A stretch of DNA of 64,000 nucleotides, taken from an uncultured bacterium. GTDB lineage: Bacteria; Acidobacteriota; HRBIN11; JAKEFK01. Shown here piece by piece: positions 1 through 10,134 of the stretch. The stretch lies in the NCBI GenBank assembly GCA_963777505.1, contig CAVZQN010000004.1, forward strand, positions 1,568,001 through 1,632,000, read 5' to 3'. The translations under genes and the position numbers were made by a program. Numbering within the stretch: position 1 is the first letter of the stretch; every line of letters begins with the position of its first letter. The notes under the pieces are model-generated. The model was not told the origin of the DNA. It did not search any database and worked only from the letters and a program-made list of their open reading frames with translations.

Positions 1-1368
1 CTTTGTTGTAAAGCCCGGTGAAACTTTCTGCAAGTTGTAGAAGCTTTTAATTAATAATCCTGCGCCTGTTACTAAAATGACTGCAAGAGCAATTTCTGAA
101 ACAACAAGAATGCGGTGCATTTGTTTTCCGCGAACTCCTGAGGTGATTCCTCGCCCGCCTTCTTTCAAAAAGAATTGCACATTCACACGGAGCATTTGAT
201 AAGCGGGAGCAAGACCAAACAGAAGGCCGGAAAATATGGACAGCAAAAGTGTGAAAAAGAGTATATGAGAATCGATCTTGACATCTTTCAGTCCCAATAT
301 TTCTGTTGGAGAAATCGCAACCACTGAATCGAGAGCCCAGAATGCGATCAGCAGACCCATGAGTCCACCCAGGATTGCAAGCATTGTACTTTCAACAAAT
401 AGGAGTCGTACGATGTCCTTCAAATTTGCACCTAAAGCGGTGCGGATTGCGATCTCCTTGTGCCTTGTTTCCCCTTTCGCCATAAAAAGATTAGCGACGT
501 TTGCACAGGCTATCAGCAAAACAAAACCAACAGCCCCAAATAGAAGCAATAGCGCTTTTTTCACGCTACCTACGAGCGAATTGCGAATCGGTTCAAGATC
601 GACGCGATTGGTTGCATCATAATATTTCGGATATTGAGTGCGGTACATCTCTTGTGCGATTCGCGTCATTTCAGTGGTAGCAACCGTAGTGCTTACGCCA
701 GGTTTCAAGCGACCGACTACATTAATGTTGTGATTAACAAGAGAAGTTTCATCAAACTTCGAGCGTTCAATCATAATTGGGAGCCAGACTTCAACGCGAT
801 CGTCAAAGAATTGAAATCCATCCGGCATTACCCCAATTACAGTACGTTGAACGTCGTTCATCGTAATCGTTTTTCCCAGAATGTTTTCATCTTTACCAAA
901 CGTTCTTTTCCACAAACCATTGCTAATCACAACTACAGGATCGGAGCCTGATTGATCTTCTGCAGGCGTGAACCATCGTCCGAGTGCGGGCCGAACGCCT
1001 AACACCGACAAAAATTCTGCAGACGTTCTACTTGCCAGAACACGCATCGGTTCTGAAGAACTCGTAATGCTTACCCAATCCCAATCCATTGCAGCCAATG
1101 CATCAAAGCTTTTGCTCTGATCACGAAATTCGAGAAATTCAGGCTTGGTTACAGGCCATTTCCCATTCGGGTCGGCATCCTGGATAAACAAAATTCGATC
1201 GGATTCAGGATAAGGAAGCGGACGCATCAACAATGAATAAACAAGACTGAAGATAGCTGTATTGGCTCCGACACCAATCGCTAGAGTGATAATTGCGATC
1301 ATCGTAAGCCCCCGATTCTTCAATAACATTCGGAGACCGTAGCGTAGGTCTTGCCAAATTGCGGTCAT
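1..1368 (-). CDS. ABC transporter permease, ADOP (acidobacterial duplicated orphan permease, MacB/FtsX) family; runs off the window start
   Basis: Manual translation from ATG 1368: MTAIWQDLRYGLRMLLKNRGLTMIAIITLAIGVGANTAIFS...LLIACANVANL...EIAIRTALGA...LVVSEIALAVILVTGAGLLIKSF. These are hallmark motifs. Absent from the ORF track because it has no stop in the window. Confidence 0.92.
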   Translation of the reverse strand, partial: MTAIWQDLRYGLRMLLKNRGLTMIAIITLAIGVGANTAIFSLVYSLLMRPLPYPESDRILFIQDADPNGKWPVTKPEFLEFRDQSKSFDALAAMDWDWVSITSSSEPMRVLASRTSAEFLSVLGVRPALGRWFTPAEDQSGSDPVVVISNGLWKRTFGKDENILGKTITMNDVQRTVIGVMPDGFQFFDDRVEVWLPIMIERSKFDETSLVNHNINVVGRLKPGVSTTVATTEMTRIAQEMYRTQYPKYYDATNRVDLEPIRNSLVGSVKKALLLLFGAVGFVLLIACANVANLFMAKGETRHKEIAIRTALGANLKDIVRLLFVESTMLAILGGLMGLLIAFWALDSVVAISPTEILGLKDVKIDSHILFFTLLLSIFSGLLFGLAPAYQMLRVNVQFFLKEGGRGITSGVRGKQMHRILVVSEIALAVILVTGAGLLIKSFYNLQKVSPGFTTK

Positions 1369-1594
1369 AGTTGTTTCTGCAAATAGCAAAGAGGATGCCA
1401 ACTGAGAGGTACGACGTGAAACCTAAAGATTGACCTGGAATTGTTCCACAATCGGGAAGCAGCCGTTCAAAAATGAACAACATAGAATTAACCACAAAGT
1501 CGCTGTGTGAGGATAAGGATAGAAGATAGCGAATAGTAAGCTCTTGCTATCCTCCATCCTCTCTTTCCAATATAATGATTGCATCGAGGCATTG

Positions 1595-3016
1595 ATGATT
1601 ACACCTGCACTGCCCGTAGATGAAAAAGAACGGATTGATGAACTACACAATCTGGGAATTCTTGATACTCCTGCCGAAGTTCGATTTGATCGCATCACAC
1701 GCACCGCAACTCGCCTTTTTGATGTACCGATCGCGCTGATTAGTCTGGTTGATACAAACCGGCAATGGTTTAAATCCTGCCAGGGTGTTACTGAACGCGA
1801 AACATCAAGAGACATTTCATTTTGCGGTCATGCAATTCTTGAAGACCAAATTCTGCACGTTCCTGATGCTCATCGTGATCCACGGTTTGCCGATAATCCG
1901 CTCGTTACTAAGGAAAATGGCATCCGGTTTTATGCTGGTTGCCCTCTTTTAGGTCCTGGTGGGCGCAAGATCGGCACAATGTGCATCGCAGATCATAAAC
2001 CACGAACGTTGAGTGAAGCAGATCTGACTCAACTTGCTGATCTAAGCGAATGGGCAAGTTTGGAATTGTCGGCTGCTGTCTTACTGCGGCAGGAAATTAA
2101 AAAGAAAAGCGAAGAACTTCAAGAGAGCGAGCTGACGTTTTTCCGTTTCATGGAAAAACTTCCCGTAGGTGTTTTTGTTTTGAATGCTTCGGGCAAACCA
2201 TATTATGCAAACCAAACTGCCATTCAACTCTTAGGAAGAGGAATTGCTCCTTCAACCGAAACAGATCAACTTGCCGATGTTTACCAGATTTATATTGAAG
2301 GAACCGACAACGAGTATCCTGCTGAAGAAATTCCAATTGTTCGTGCACTTTCAGGATTGGCCACTGAAGTGGAGGACATGGAAATTAGACGGCCTGATGG
2401 AATTTTATCGATTCACGTTTGGGCGACTCCTATTATCAATCGATTTGGCAACATTACACACGCGATCGCGGCATTTCAGGACATCACGCCTCGAAAGAAT
2501 GCTGAACGGCGTTTAGCAGCGCATTCTGCAGTGACTTCAATCCTTGCTGAAGGAAGAGATGTAGATCAGGTAATAACGGAAATTCTGAAAGCTATTTGCG
2601 AAAATATCGGATGGGATGTCGGTGTATTTTATGATAACGATCGGAATCAAAATGTTCTTCAGTGTTTGGAACTCTGGCATTCTGAGAGTGTAAATATTCC
2701 TGAGTTCGAAATGCTAACGCGAAAAATTTTGTTTCCACCAGGTTTAGGACTCCCCGGTCGTGTATTATCGGAGAGTGAGCCGATGTGGATCGCGAATATT
2801 GTAGAAGATCGAAATTTTCCACGCACTCCTGCTGCTATTAAGAATGGACTCCATGCAGGCTTTGCTTTTCCGATCCGTTTCGAGGGCGAGGTAATCGCCG
2901 CTATGGAATTCTTCAGCCGGCACATTCATCAACCTGATCGACAGCTCCTAAAAATGTGCGATGCCCTCGGCTATCAAATCGGACAATTTATAGGTCAACA
3001 CCGCGCTACGAAATAA
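1595..3016 (+). CDS. GAF-PAS-GAF sensor protein with no output domain
   Basis: N-terminal GAF (EKERIDELHNLGILDTPAEVRFDRIT...SFCGHAI...DPRFADNPLV...IRFYAGCPL), then PAS/PAC, then a second GAF (GLGLPGRV...GFAFPI...MEFFS). ATG 1595 preferred over the TTG at 1544. Confidence 0.85.
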   Translation: MITPALPVDEKERIDELHNLGILDTPAEVRFDRITRTATRLFDVPIALISLVDTNRQWFKSCQGVTERETSRDISFCGHAILEDQILHVPDAHRDPRFADNPLVTKENGIRFYAGCPLLGPGGRKIGTMCIADHKPRTLSEADLTQLADLSEWASLELSAAVLLRQEIKKKSEELQESELTFFRFMEKLPVGVFVLNASGKPYYANQTAIQLLGRGIAPSTETDQLADVYQIYIEGTDNEYPAEEIPIVRALSGLATEVEDMEIRRPDGILSIHVWATPIINRFGNITHAIAAFQDITPRKNAERRLAAHSAVTSILAEGRDVDQVITEILKAICENIGWDVGVFYDNDRNQNVLQCLELWHSESVNIPEFEMLTRKILFPPGLGLPGRVLSESEPMWIANIVEDRNFPRTPAAIKNGLHAGFAFPIRFEGEVIAAMEFFSRHIHQPDRQLLKMCDALGYQIGQFIGQHRATK

Positions 3017-3035
3017 CTTGTGCCTTTGTGGTTAA

Positions 3036-4196
3036 TCAACCTGAAACCTGCAGAAAGGCGCATTTCAAATAGAGCGATTCGGGGAAATTTAACAGGACTG
3101 GATGATCGAGCGGGTGCATCAACAGCTCGCGGAATTGGAAGCTGCGGCCGGAATCAGCTGCTGCCTGGCGTAATACATCAACGAAAAGTTCTGGCGTCAG
3201 CGGTTGAGAGCACGAACAGGTAACTAACACACCATCGCGATTCAACAACTTCATCGCACGCACATTGATCTCGCGATAACCCTTAACTGCATCGATGAGA
3301 TACTTTTTCGATTTTGCAAAAGCAGGCGGATCCAGCACGATTAGGTCGTATCTTTTTTCAGAACTGTAGGCATTGCGCAAGAAATGAAAAGCATCTTCTT
3401 GAATGCATGAAATCTCGAAATTATTTAGCTCCGCATTTCGCCTCGCACCTTTTAGAGCTTCTGCGGAAGAATCTAACACTGAAATTTCCTTCACTCCAGC
3501 TTGTGCTGCATAAATACTCCATGCGCCCGAATAGCTAAAGACATCTAACATGCTTGGGCCCGGAGCATACTCACGCAAGCGGCGTCTGTTCGTTTGTTGA
3601 TCCAAAAAGAATCCAGTTTTTTGTCCTTCTATAAACTGGATTTCAAATTTCAGCCGATCGACTTCAACGATACTGCTATCAACGGGTGTTCCATGCACCC
3701 ACTCGTTTGATTTCGGTAATCCTTCAAGTTCGCGATAAGAAGAATCGTTACGGAGAAGAATACGCGCGGGGGAAGTTATTTGAATGAGCGAATCGATAAT
3801 CTCATTTCTAAAACGTTCCATTCCTGCTGTAAGAATTTGGACAACGAGCGTTTCAGAATAACGATCAACAATCAATCCTGGCAAACCGTCCGATTCACCA
3901 TAAACAAGGCGATAAATGTCTTCAGCATAATGCTTCTTGCGAAATTCAAATGCTTTCGTGATACGTTCATGAAGATTAAATTCAAAATGGTAAGAAAGGA
4001 TGCGGGCCGCGATTAATGTATGTGGATTGTAATATCCAAGAGCAATACGATGACCTTGCGGATCACGAATTTCAACAATTTCGCCAGGAGGAAGTTCCGC
4101 AGGCTTTTCTGTTATTTCGTTTGAAAAAACCCAGGGATGTTTGGTTTTTAGCCTTTTTCTAGCCCGGTCTGAGATAACGATAACCGGTCTTTCCAT
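3036..4196 (-). CDS. rlmI: RlmI/RlmK-family class I SAM-dependent rRNA methyltransferase
   Basis: PUA-like HPWVFSNEI, ESDGLPGLIVDRY, GQKTGFFLDQ, DLIVLDPPAF, TCSCS motifs. Confidence 0.85.
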   Translation of the reverse strand: MERPVIVISDRARKRLKTKHPWVFSNEITEKPAELPPGEIVEIRDPQGHRIALGYYNPHTLIAARILSYHFEFNLHERITKAFEFRKKHYAEDIYRLVYGESDGLPGLIVDRYSETLVVQILTAGMERFRNEIIDSLIQITSPARILLRNDSSYRELEGLPKSNEWVHGTPVDSSIVEVDRLKFEIQFIEGQKTGFFLDQQTNRRRLREYAPGPSMLDVFSYSGAWSIYAAQAGVKEISVLDSSAEALKGARRNAELNNFEISCIQEDAFHFLRNAYSSEKRYDLIVLDPPAFAKSKKYLIDAVKGYREINVRAMKLLNRDGVLVTCSCSQPLTPELFVDVLRQAAADSGRSFQFRELLMHPLDHPVLLNFPESLYLKCAFLQVSG

Positions 4197-4205
4197 GGAT
4201 TAACT

Positions 4206-5366
4206 TCACCGATAAGCGGGAATACCTGTAATCCATTCGCCGAGAATTAACGTGTGAATGTTATGTGTACCTTCATATGTAAATACCGATTCAAGATTGC
4301 ACATATGACGGCCGACTTGATATTCATCCGTGATACCGCTTGCGCCAAGAATATCGCGGGCAGTTCGTGCAATGAGAAGCGCCTGATACACATTGTTCAT
4401 CTTCCCGAGTGATACCTGCTGCGGTGTGACCTTGCCATCATCTTTTAAGCGTCCCAGCTGCAAATTAAGAAGCTGTCCCTTTGTGATTTCGGAAAGCATG
4501 TAGGTCAATTTCTCTTGAATCATCTGAAACGATGCGATCGGTTTATCGAATTGAATACGAGTTTTCGCATATGTAACGGCTTCATCATAACAGGCCATGG
4601 CAGCTCCGATTGCTCCCCATGCGATTCCATAACGTGCTTGATTCAAACAGCCTAACGGTCCGCCAATGCCTTTTGCTTCGGGCAAGATTGAATTTGCAGG
4701 AACTTTGCAATCTTCAAGAATTAATTCGGATGTTACAGATGCGCGAAGCGACCATTTTCCTTTTTGTTCATGCGTGATAAAGCCTGGCGTACCTTTTTCT
4801 ACAAGGAATCCGCGGATTCCATCTTCGGTTCGCGCCCAAACAACCGCGATATCGGCAATGCTTCCATTTGTAATCCAGCGTTTTGTTCCATTGATGATCC
4901 ACTGATTTCCATCCTGTACTGCTTTGGTAAGCATGCCAGAAGGATTGGATCCGAAATCAGGTTCAGTGAGTCCGAAGCATCCAATCTTGCGTCCGGCTGC
5001 GAGTTCCGGAAGCCATCGGTTCTTTTGTTCATCAGAGCCGTATCTATATATAGGATACATAACGAGCGAACCCTGCACGGATGCAAAACTGCGGATCCCG
5101 CTGTCGCCGCGTTCAAGTTCTTGCATGATGAGCCCATAAGCGACATTGTTTAATCCCGCGCAACCATATCCCTGGATGTTCGCGCCAAGTACTCCTAGTT
5201 CCGCAAGTTGCGGCACGAGGTGAATAGGAAATGTGGCTTCACGATTATGTTTTTCGATAATGGGAATGATTTTGTCAGAAACAAACGAACGGATCGTATC
5301 GCGAACCATCCGTTCTTCTTCGTTTAATAAACCATCAATGTTGTAGAAATCAACGCCTTGAAACAT
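4206..5366 (-). CDS. gcdH: Acyl-CoA dehydrogenase, glutaryl-CoA dehydrogenase-like
   Basis: ELERGDSGIRSFASVQGSLVMYPI, GCFGLTEPDFGSNP, NLESVFTYEGTHNIH. Confidence 0.85.
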   Translation of the reverse strand: MFQGVDFYNIDGLLNEEERMVRDTIRSFVSDKIIPIIEKHNREATFPIHLVPQLAELGVLGANIQGYGCAGLNNVAYGLIMQELERGDSGIRSFASVQGSLVMYPIYRYGSDEQKNRWLPELAAGRKIGCFGLTEPDFGSNPSGMLTKAVQDGNQWIINGTKRWITNGSIADIAVVWARTEDGIRGFLVEKGTPGFITHEQKGKWSLRASVTSELILEDCKVPANSILPEAKGIGGPLGCLNQARYGIAWGAIGAAMACYDEAVTYAKTRIQFDKPIASFQMIQEKLTYMLSEITKGQLLNLQLGRLKDDGKVTPQQVSLGKMNNVYQALLIARTARDILGASGITDEYQVGRHMCNLESVFTYEGTHNIHTLILGEWITGIPAYR

Positions 5367-5390
5367 CTCTGTGCCTTTGCGGTTAAAATC

Positions 5391-6179
5391 CTACCGGTTT
5401 TTCCAAACGGGTTTCCGTTTTTCTGTGAACGCTTTCATTCCTTCTTTCGAATCATCAAGGTTCAACAATTGCTGTAGATAAATTTCCTCAACAGCGCGCA
5501 AACTGTCCGTTAGGTTCTTGCCCTGTGAAGCAATCATTGCACGTTTTGCAGCTTGCAACACAGGACCTGAAAATTGAAGAAGTTTTCCTGCCATGAGTCC
5601 TGCTTGTTCTTGAAGTTTATCTTCAGGAACTGCTTTGTTGATGAAACCGTACGTTTCCGCTTCTTTTGCCTGGATAACATCGCCCGTAAAAATCAATTCA
5701 GCCGCGCGTTTTGGGTGAACTAACTTTTGAAGCATATTGCACGCGATTGCAGGGATTAGGCCGATCCGAATTTCTGGAAAACCAAACTTTGATGTCTCCG
5801 AAGCAATCGCAAGATCGGAAAACATAACAAGCTCAAATCCGGCTCCAAGCGCCATACCTTTTACGACTGACAAAACTGGAATTCCAGTTTCTTGAAGTTG
5901 TTCAAAGAGGCGCCCAAAGGATTCAATTAATTGATAGGATCGATCATCGGTAAAATCTTCAGGAGAAAATCCTCCGCAGAAATTTTTCCCTGTTGCGAGA
6001 AATGTAATTAGTTTTACATCCGATCGATACATTAAGCTTGCAACGGCCGCATTCAATTCTTCAACCATTTCAAGATTGAAAGCGTTTATGGGCGGCCTAT
6101 TTAATGTGATTTGAAACATGCCGTCTTTTTCTGAGCAAGCTATATGTTTTGGAGCCTTTGTGTTATCCATCCATTCCAT
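5391..6179 (-). CDS. Enoyl-CoA hydratase/isomerase (crotonase) family protein
   Basis: ITLNRPPINAF, ALGAGFEL, FGFPEIRIG, EGMKAFTEKRKPVW. Confidence 0.9.
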   Translation of the reverse strand: MEWMDNTKAPKHIACSEKDGMFQITLNRPPINAFNLEMVEELNAAVASLMYRSDVKLITFLATGKNFCGGFSPEDFTDDRSYQLIESFGRLFEQLQETGIPVLSVVKGMALGAGFELVMFSDLAIASETSKFGFPEIRIGLIPAIACNMLQKLVHPKRAAELIFTGDVIQAKEAETYGFINKAVPEDKLQEQAGLMAGKLLQFSGPVLQAAKRAMIASQGKNLTDSLRAVEEIYLQQLLNLDDSKEGMKAFTEKRKPVWKNR

Positions 6180-6187
6180 AAGTCCCC

Positions 6188-7396
6188 CTAAGCCAAATTT
6201 TCGTACGCAACGGAAAGACCGAGGCCACCGCTAATGCAGAGTGTAGCCAATCCGTATGATTTCTTTCCAGCGCTTCGACGCTTTAACTCATGAAGTAAAG
6301 TTGTTGTAATGCGTGCGCCTGTACATCCAATTGGATGGCCAAGTGCAATGGATCCCCCATTCACATTCAAAATTTCACGATTCATTGGCATCATGCGATC
6401 TACCGCGATGACTTGTGCTGCAAACGCTTCATTGAGTTCGATTAATGAAAAGTCACTCAAATTCATTTGCAGACGTTCGAGAAGTTTTTGTGTCGCAGGC
6501 ACAGGACCGATTCCCATTATTTCCGGTGGAACTCCTGCTTTTTCATAGCCGATCACACGTGCCAATGGTTTCAGTCCATGCTTCTCCAGAAAGTCTCCAT
6601 TACAAATTAAAATGGCTGAAGCGCCATCTGTAATTCCTGAAGAATTTCCGGCTGTAACTGTTCCCGTTTCACTGAACACCGGCTGCAATTTTGCGAGACC
6701 ATCCAGCGTTGTTTCAGGCCGTGGATGTTCATCCTGGGTGATCATTTGTGTTTCTTTTTTGATCTTCACAGGTACGGCCGCGATTTCATCCTTGAATCTT
6801 CCTTCTTGAATTGCACGTCCTGCTTTTTTCTGACTCTCTAACGCAAATTCATCTTGTTCCTTACGCGAAATGTCATGGATTTGTGCCAACTTTTCAGCGG
6901 TTTCACCCATAAGCATGTCGCTGATCGGACAATGAAATCCATCACGATACATTGCATCAATCAATTTTCCGTGGCCTAAACGATACCCATCAAAGCGAGC
7001 CTGATCCAGCAAGAATGGAACGCGGCTCATGCTTTCGATTCCACCAACGAGTACACAACTGGCCTGTCCGAGTTGAATCGATTGTGTCCCAAGAATTAAT
7101 GCTTTTAATCCTGAGCCGCACGCTTTGTTTACTGTAAATGCGGGAACAGAATCTGGAATTCCGGAACGATACGAAACCTGCCGTGCTGGATTTGGGCCGG
7201 CACCCGCAGGCCTCGCGTGACCAAAGATAGCTTCATCAATTTCTTCAGGCTTGATTCCAGTTTCATCAAGAAGTGCTTTTGTGACATGAATTCCTAACTC
7301 AACCGCGGGAATATCTTTAAATACTCCGCCAAATCGTCCAATCGGCGTTCGTTTCGCCTGCAAAACATAAACATCTTTCACTGATTTATCTGTCAT
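6188..7396 (-). CDS. Acetyl-CoA C-acyltransferase (thiolase)
   Basis: RTPIGRFGG, VNKACGSG, NEAFAAQ, GHPIGCTG, LCISGG. Confidence 0.93.
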   Translation of the reverse strand: MTDKSVKDVYVLQAKRTPIGRFGGVFKDIPAVELGIHVTKALLDETGIKPEEIDEAIFGHARPAGAGPNPARQVSYRSGIPDSVPAFTVNKACGSGLKALILGTQSIQLGQASCVLVGGIESMSRVPFLLDQARFDGYRLGHGKLIDAMYRDGFHCPISDMLMGETAEKLAQIHDISRKEQDEFALESQKKAGRAIQEGRFKDEIAAVPVKIKKETQMITQDEHPRPETTLDGLAKLQPVFSETGTVTAGNSSGITDGASAILICNGDFLEKHGLKPLARVIGYEKAGVPPEIMGIGPVPATQKLLERLQMNLSDFSLIELNEAFAAQVIAVDRMMPMNREILNVNGGSIALGHPIGCTGARITTTLLHELKRRSAGKKSYGLATLCISGGLGLSVAYENLA

Positions 7397-7400
7397 CGCT

Positions 7401-7428
7401 CATCTCGTATCCCGCATCTCGCATCGCG
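7401..7428. repeat. Four tandem 7-mers (YATCNCG) filling the intergenic gap
   Basis: catctcg-tatcccg-catctcg-catcgcg. Confidence 0.7.
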
Positions 7429-9138
7429 TTAAATATAACCTTGAATGGATTCCAGGAACAACCTGGTAATTCTTGCCCCTTCAAACTCAGCTTTTCCAGC
7501 ATGTTCGAGAAGAATAGCATAAGCGATCTTTGGATTCGGAACTGGTCCAAAGCCAATGATAATTGAATTATAACCAGAGGCGCCTTCGCCGGCGGTTCCA
7601 GTTTTCATCGCGAAGGGAAATGAAGGCAGGGCAGCGCGACGCCCTGTGCCGTCTGTATTTTTTACTACATCTATCATCGCTTCAGTGAGAACCCTGGCGG
7701 TTCTTTCGCTCATAAACCTGCGGAATTCTGTCGATGAAGTATTTCCGAAAGGTAAACCAATAATGTTTCGATATCCTGATACCAGCCGAGGTGTAACACA
7801 AACACCGCCATTTGCAATCGCTGAAGCCAGCATCGCAGCATGAAGCGGTGTTATTTCTAAATACTCAAGTCCGATTGAAAGATTAGAAAGGTAATGTTCA
7901 TCAATAGAACCTTCCTTAATTTTTCCAAGCTCTACCGGCAGCATTCCATCCAATTTGGAGTCGAACCCGAATTGCTTTAAGTTATTGATCAAATCAGCAG
8001 GTTTTAAGGCCAATCCCATTCGTGCAAAGGCTACATTGCATGAGACAGCAGTCGCAGTGTTGACATCCTTTATCTGATCATGTTTTTTCCAATCATATAA
8101 AGCCTTATTGTCCTGAAGTGTAATATAACCATCACATTGAAATGGAACTATTTTGCTCATATCCACTCCATGCTCAAGGCTGCCTGCAAGCGTGATCATT
8201 TTGATAATTGAGCCCGGCTCATATCGACCTGTCATTGCAAGCGATGTGCCTTCAGGATGATTCGCGCCAACTCCTTTTAATTTGGAAGCTGCTGCAAGAA
8301 TGTCACCTTTTTTAATATCTAGGAGAACAATGGCACCTGCATATTGATACAGTGATTTTTGTGCTGCATTCTGGATCCTGTAATCAAGAGTTAAAACAGC
8401 GGGATTTTTTGGGGAAGCTTTCTTCAGGGCATCAACAAGATTGTATTCTGAATTCATTAAGACTGGCTTAATCGAATCAGAAAGATAGGTTGGCTCACCT
8501 TTGAAACTGAGTTTTACTAAGGGCAGATTTTCGCGATCGATTAAGAAACCAAATTGACCCGTTGCATTGCGTTGCTCAATTTCCGATTTCAATAGTCCTA
8601 TTTCGCTAGTCATTTCAGGAATATTGCCAGCCTTCTGCAGCTCGCGAGAAGCTTCTTGAAGCATATTCTCTCCAGCAAGAAATCCTGATTTATAAAAATG
8701 AAGTTGTGGTTGATCTGAAATTGAGTTTTCAATGTGCTTTGAATAGGAAAGACCGTCCTGATAGCGTCCATTTACCCAAAGTGACTTCAAAATGTCAGGC
8801 CAAATACCAACCGGACGAAAAAATAGTTTGGAACTGGCTTTCGAAAAATATGATTGTGCGGATTGCTCGCCGTCTTTGATGAGCCGAATCGTTCCCAACC
8901 CCTCGTAAACGCGTCCATTCACTAATGGAAGCCAGGTCCAATGATCGAGAGTTTCCGTAGCTTCATCATATTTTGAGGTTAGGATTTGTTCTTCCACATT
9001 TCTTGTTTGGAAAAAGTAAAAGCCATAAATTCCCGCTGACAGGATGATGAAAGCAATGAGGACTATAGGAAGTTTGTGAGTAAAGTTGCCTCTGCGAGAA
9101 GCTTTTTCGTGATCGATATATTTATAACTTGTCGGCAT
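7429..9138 (-). CDS. Penicillin-binding transpeptidase domain protein with N-terminal membrane anchor and helical region
   Basis: SxxK (PGSIIK), SxN (SCN) and KTG motifs, plus LTLDYRIQ and an N-terminal TM segment. Confidence 0.85.
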   Translation of the reverse strand: MPTSYKYIDHEKASRRGNFTHKLPIVLIAFIILSAGIYGFYFFQTRNVEEQILTSKYDEATETLDHWTWLPLVNGRVYEGLGTIRLIKDGEQSAQSYFSKASSKLFFRPVGIWPDILKSLWVNGRYQDGLSYSKHIENSISDQPQLHFYKSGFLAGENMLQEASRELQKAGNIPEMTSEIGLLKSEIEQRNATGQFGFLIDRENLPLVKLSFKGEPTYLSDSIKPVLMNSEYNLVDALKKASPKNPAVLTLDYRIQNAAQKSLYQYAGAIVLLDIKKGDILAAASKLKGVGANHPEGTSLAMTGRYEPGSIIKMITLAGSLEHGVDMSKIVPFQCDGYITLQDNKALYDWKKHDQIKDVNTATAVSCNVAFARMGLALKPADLINNLKQFGFDSKLDGMLPVELGKIKEGSIDEHYLSNLSIGLEYLEITPLHAAMLASAIANGGVCVTPRLVSGYRNIIGLPFGNTSSTEFRRFMSERTARVLTEAMIDVVKNTDGTGRRAALPSFPFAMKTGTAGEGASGYNSIIIGFGPVPNPKIAYAILLEHAGKAEFEGARITRLFLESIQGYI

Positions 9139-9152
9139 GGAGTTTTAATGAT

Positions 9153-9215
9153 GTAACGCCGGCTTCTTGCTGGCAATGGTATATGCGGATTATTTCAGCA
9201 GGATGCCGACTTCCA
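9153..9215. repeat. Degenerate REP-like inverted pair
   Basis: gtaacgccggcttcttgctggca (9153-9175) and cagcaggatgccgacttcca (9196-9215) are imperfect reverse complements. The second copy lies in the last codons of the DUF62 gene. Confidence 0.45.
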
Positions 9216-10002
9216 TTCCGCGCGCGGCTCCCAATGTTTTTGCGGCTGAACCTTGCGTTTGCGCAATTTCAAGGAAATCAGAACTGCCGAACAAAGCCAA
9301 TAATTCACCTTTTTGGCCCTGAGCGTAATATTCTTTGAGTCCGTTAATCTCTTGTTTTCCTATTACTGTTTTGAATGTTTCACCCGGAATTTTTGATCGT
9401 ACTTCGTCATAGTCGGTTCGTCTGATATTTGTGATCAGGTTTCCAAAACGATCCACATGAAGCACAGTCCCTTTCATCAATCCTTCACCAACGAGTTTCG
9501 GCTTCGGCAATGAGAGCCGCAAATAATTTTCTGTTGGTTCGCCAAAATTTTCTACAGCAGTCCCTTTCGTTAACCAGGCTGCGGCAGGCGCCATGATGTC
9601 ACGCCCGTGAAATGTCTTGCTTACATTATTAAGATAATAATGCTCAGTCGTAATTTCAGTGACCGATGATACGGTTTCAGCTTCATAAATCAACGATAGA
9701 ACGCCGTTGTCAGGGGCGATGAAATAATAATTTTCAGTTGCTACGAGCAGAAGTTTTCGAGAAGACCCAACGGTAGGATCGACCACGACTATATGAATGG
9801 TGCGTGATGGAAAATACGAATAACAGGACCTGAGCACAAACGATGCTTCAAGAATATCCTGAGCTGAGATGTCGTGACTGATATCAATGATCTGAACGTT
9901 GGAGTTGATATTCAGGATAACCCCTTTCATGCTGGGGACGTAACCATCACGTGTTCCGTAGTCGGTAAGAAGGGTAATTGTGGGAATTCGCTGAATTGCC
10001 AT
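9190..10002 (-). CDS. SAM hydroxide adenosyltransferase (DUF62 / SAM-dependent chlorinase-fluorinase family)
   Basis: ITLLTDYG, VVVDPTVGS, APDNG, TFHGRDI, VDRFGNLITNI. Confidence 0.9.
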   Translation of the reverse strand: MAIQRIPTITLLTDYGTRDGYVPSMKGVILNINSNVQIIDISHDISAQDILEASFVLRSCYSYFPSRTIHIVVVDPTVGSSRKLLLVATENYYFIAPDNGVLSLIYEAETVSSVTEITTEHYYLNNVSKTFHGRDIMAPAAAWLTKGTAVENFGEPTENYLRLSLPKPKLVGEGLMKGTVLHVDRFGNLITNIRRTDYDEVRSKIPGETFKTVIGKQEINGLKEYYAQGQKGELLALFGSSDFLEIAQTQGSAAKTLGAARGMEVGILLK

Positions 10003-10054
10003 CTTAAATAACCATCAAACACTATCGAAAAAGACTTGAGGTGTCAACGAAGTG

Positions 10055-10121
10055 GTAGGGGCGGGTCTGAGACCCGCCCGTCTTTTCAACTCCACAATTG
10101 CGCGGGCGGGTCTAAAACCGC
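10055..10121. repeat. GTAG-type REP doublet; second copy truncated and fused to an 18-bp junction element
   Basis: GTAG-GGGCGGGTCT-G-AGACCCGCCC (10055-10079), then gggcgggtctaaaaccgc (10104-10121). Confidence 0.7.
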
Positions 10122-10134
10122 AAAGTCACAGAGC

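Noticed and set aside
278-951. Plus-strand ORFs 278-622 and 634-951
   Set aside because: Antisense shadows of the ADOP permease on the minus strand.
4206-7396. Anaerobic benzoyl-CoA degradation cluster
   Set aside because: gcdH, a crotonase and a thiolase are present, but no benzoyl-CoA reductase or ring-opening hydrolase; general acyl-CoA catabolism suffices.
9190-10002. Fluorinase/chlorinase halogenation pathway
   Set aside because: Motifs and housekeeping context fit the common DUF62 SAM hydrolase; no biosynthetic cluster is nearby.
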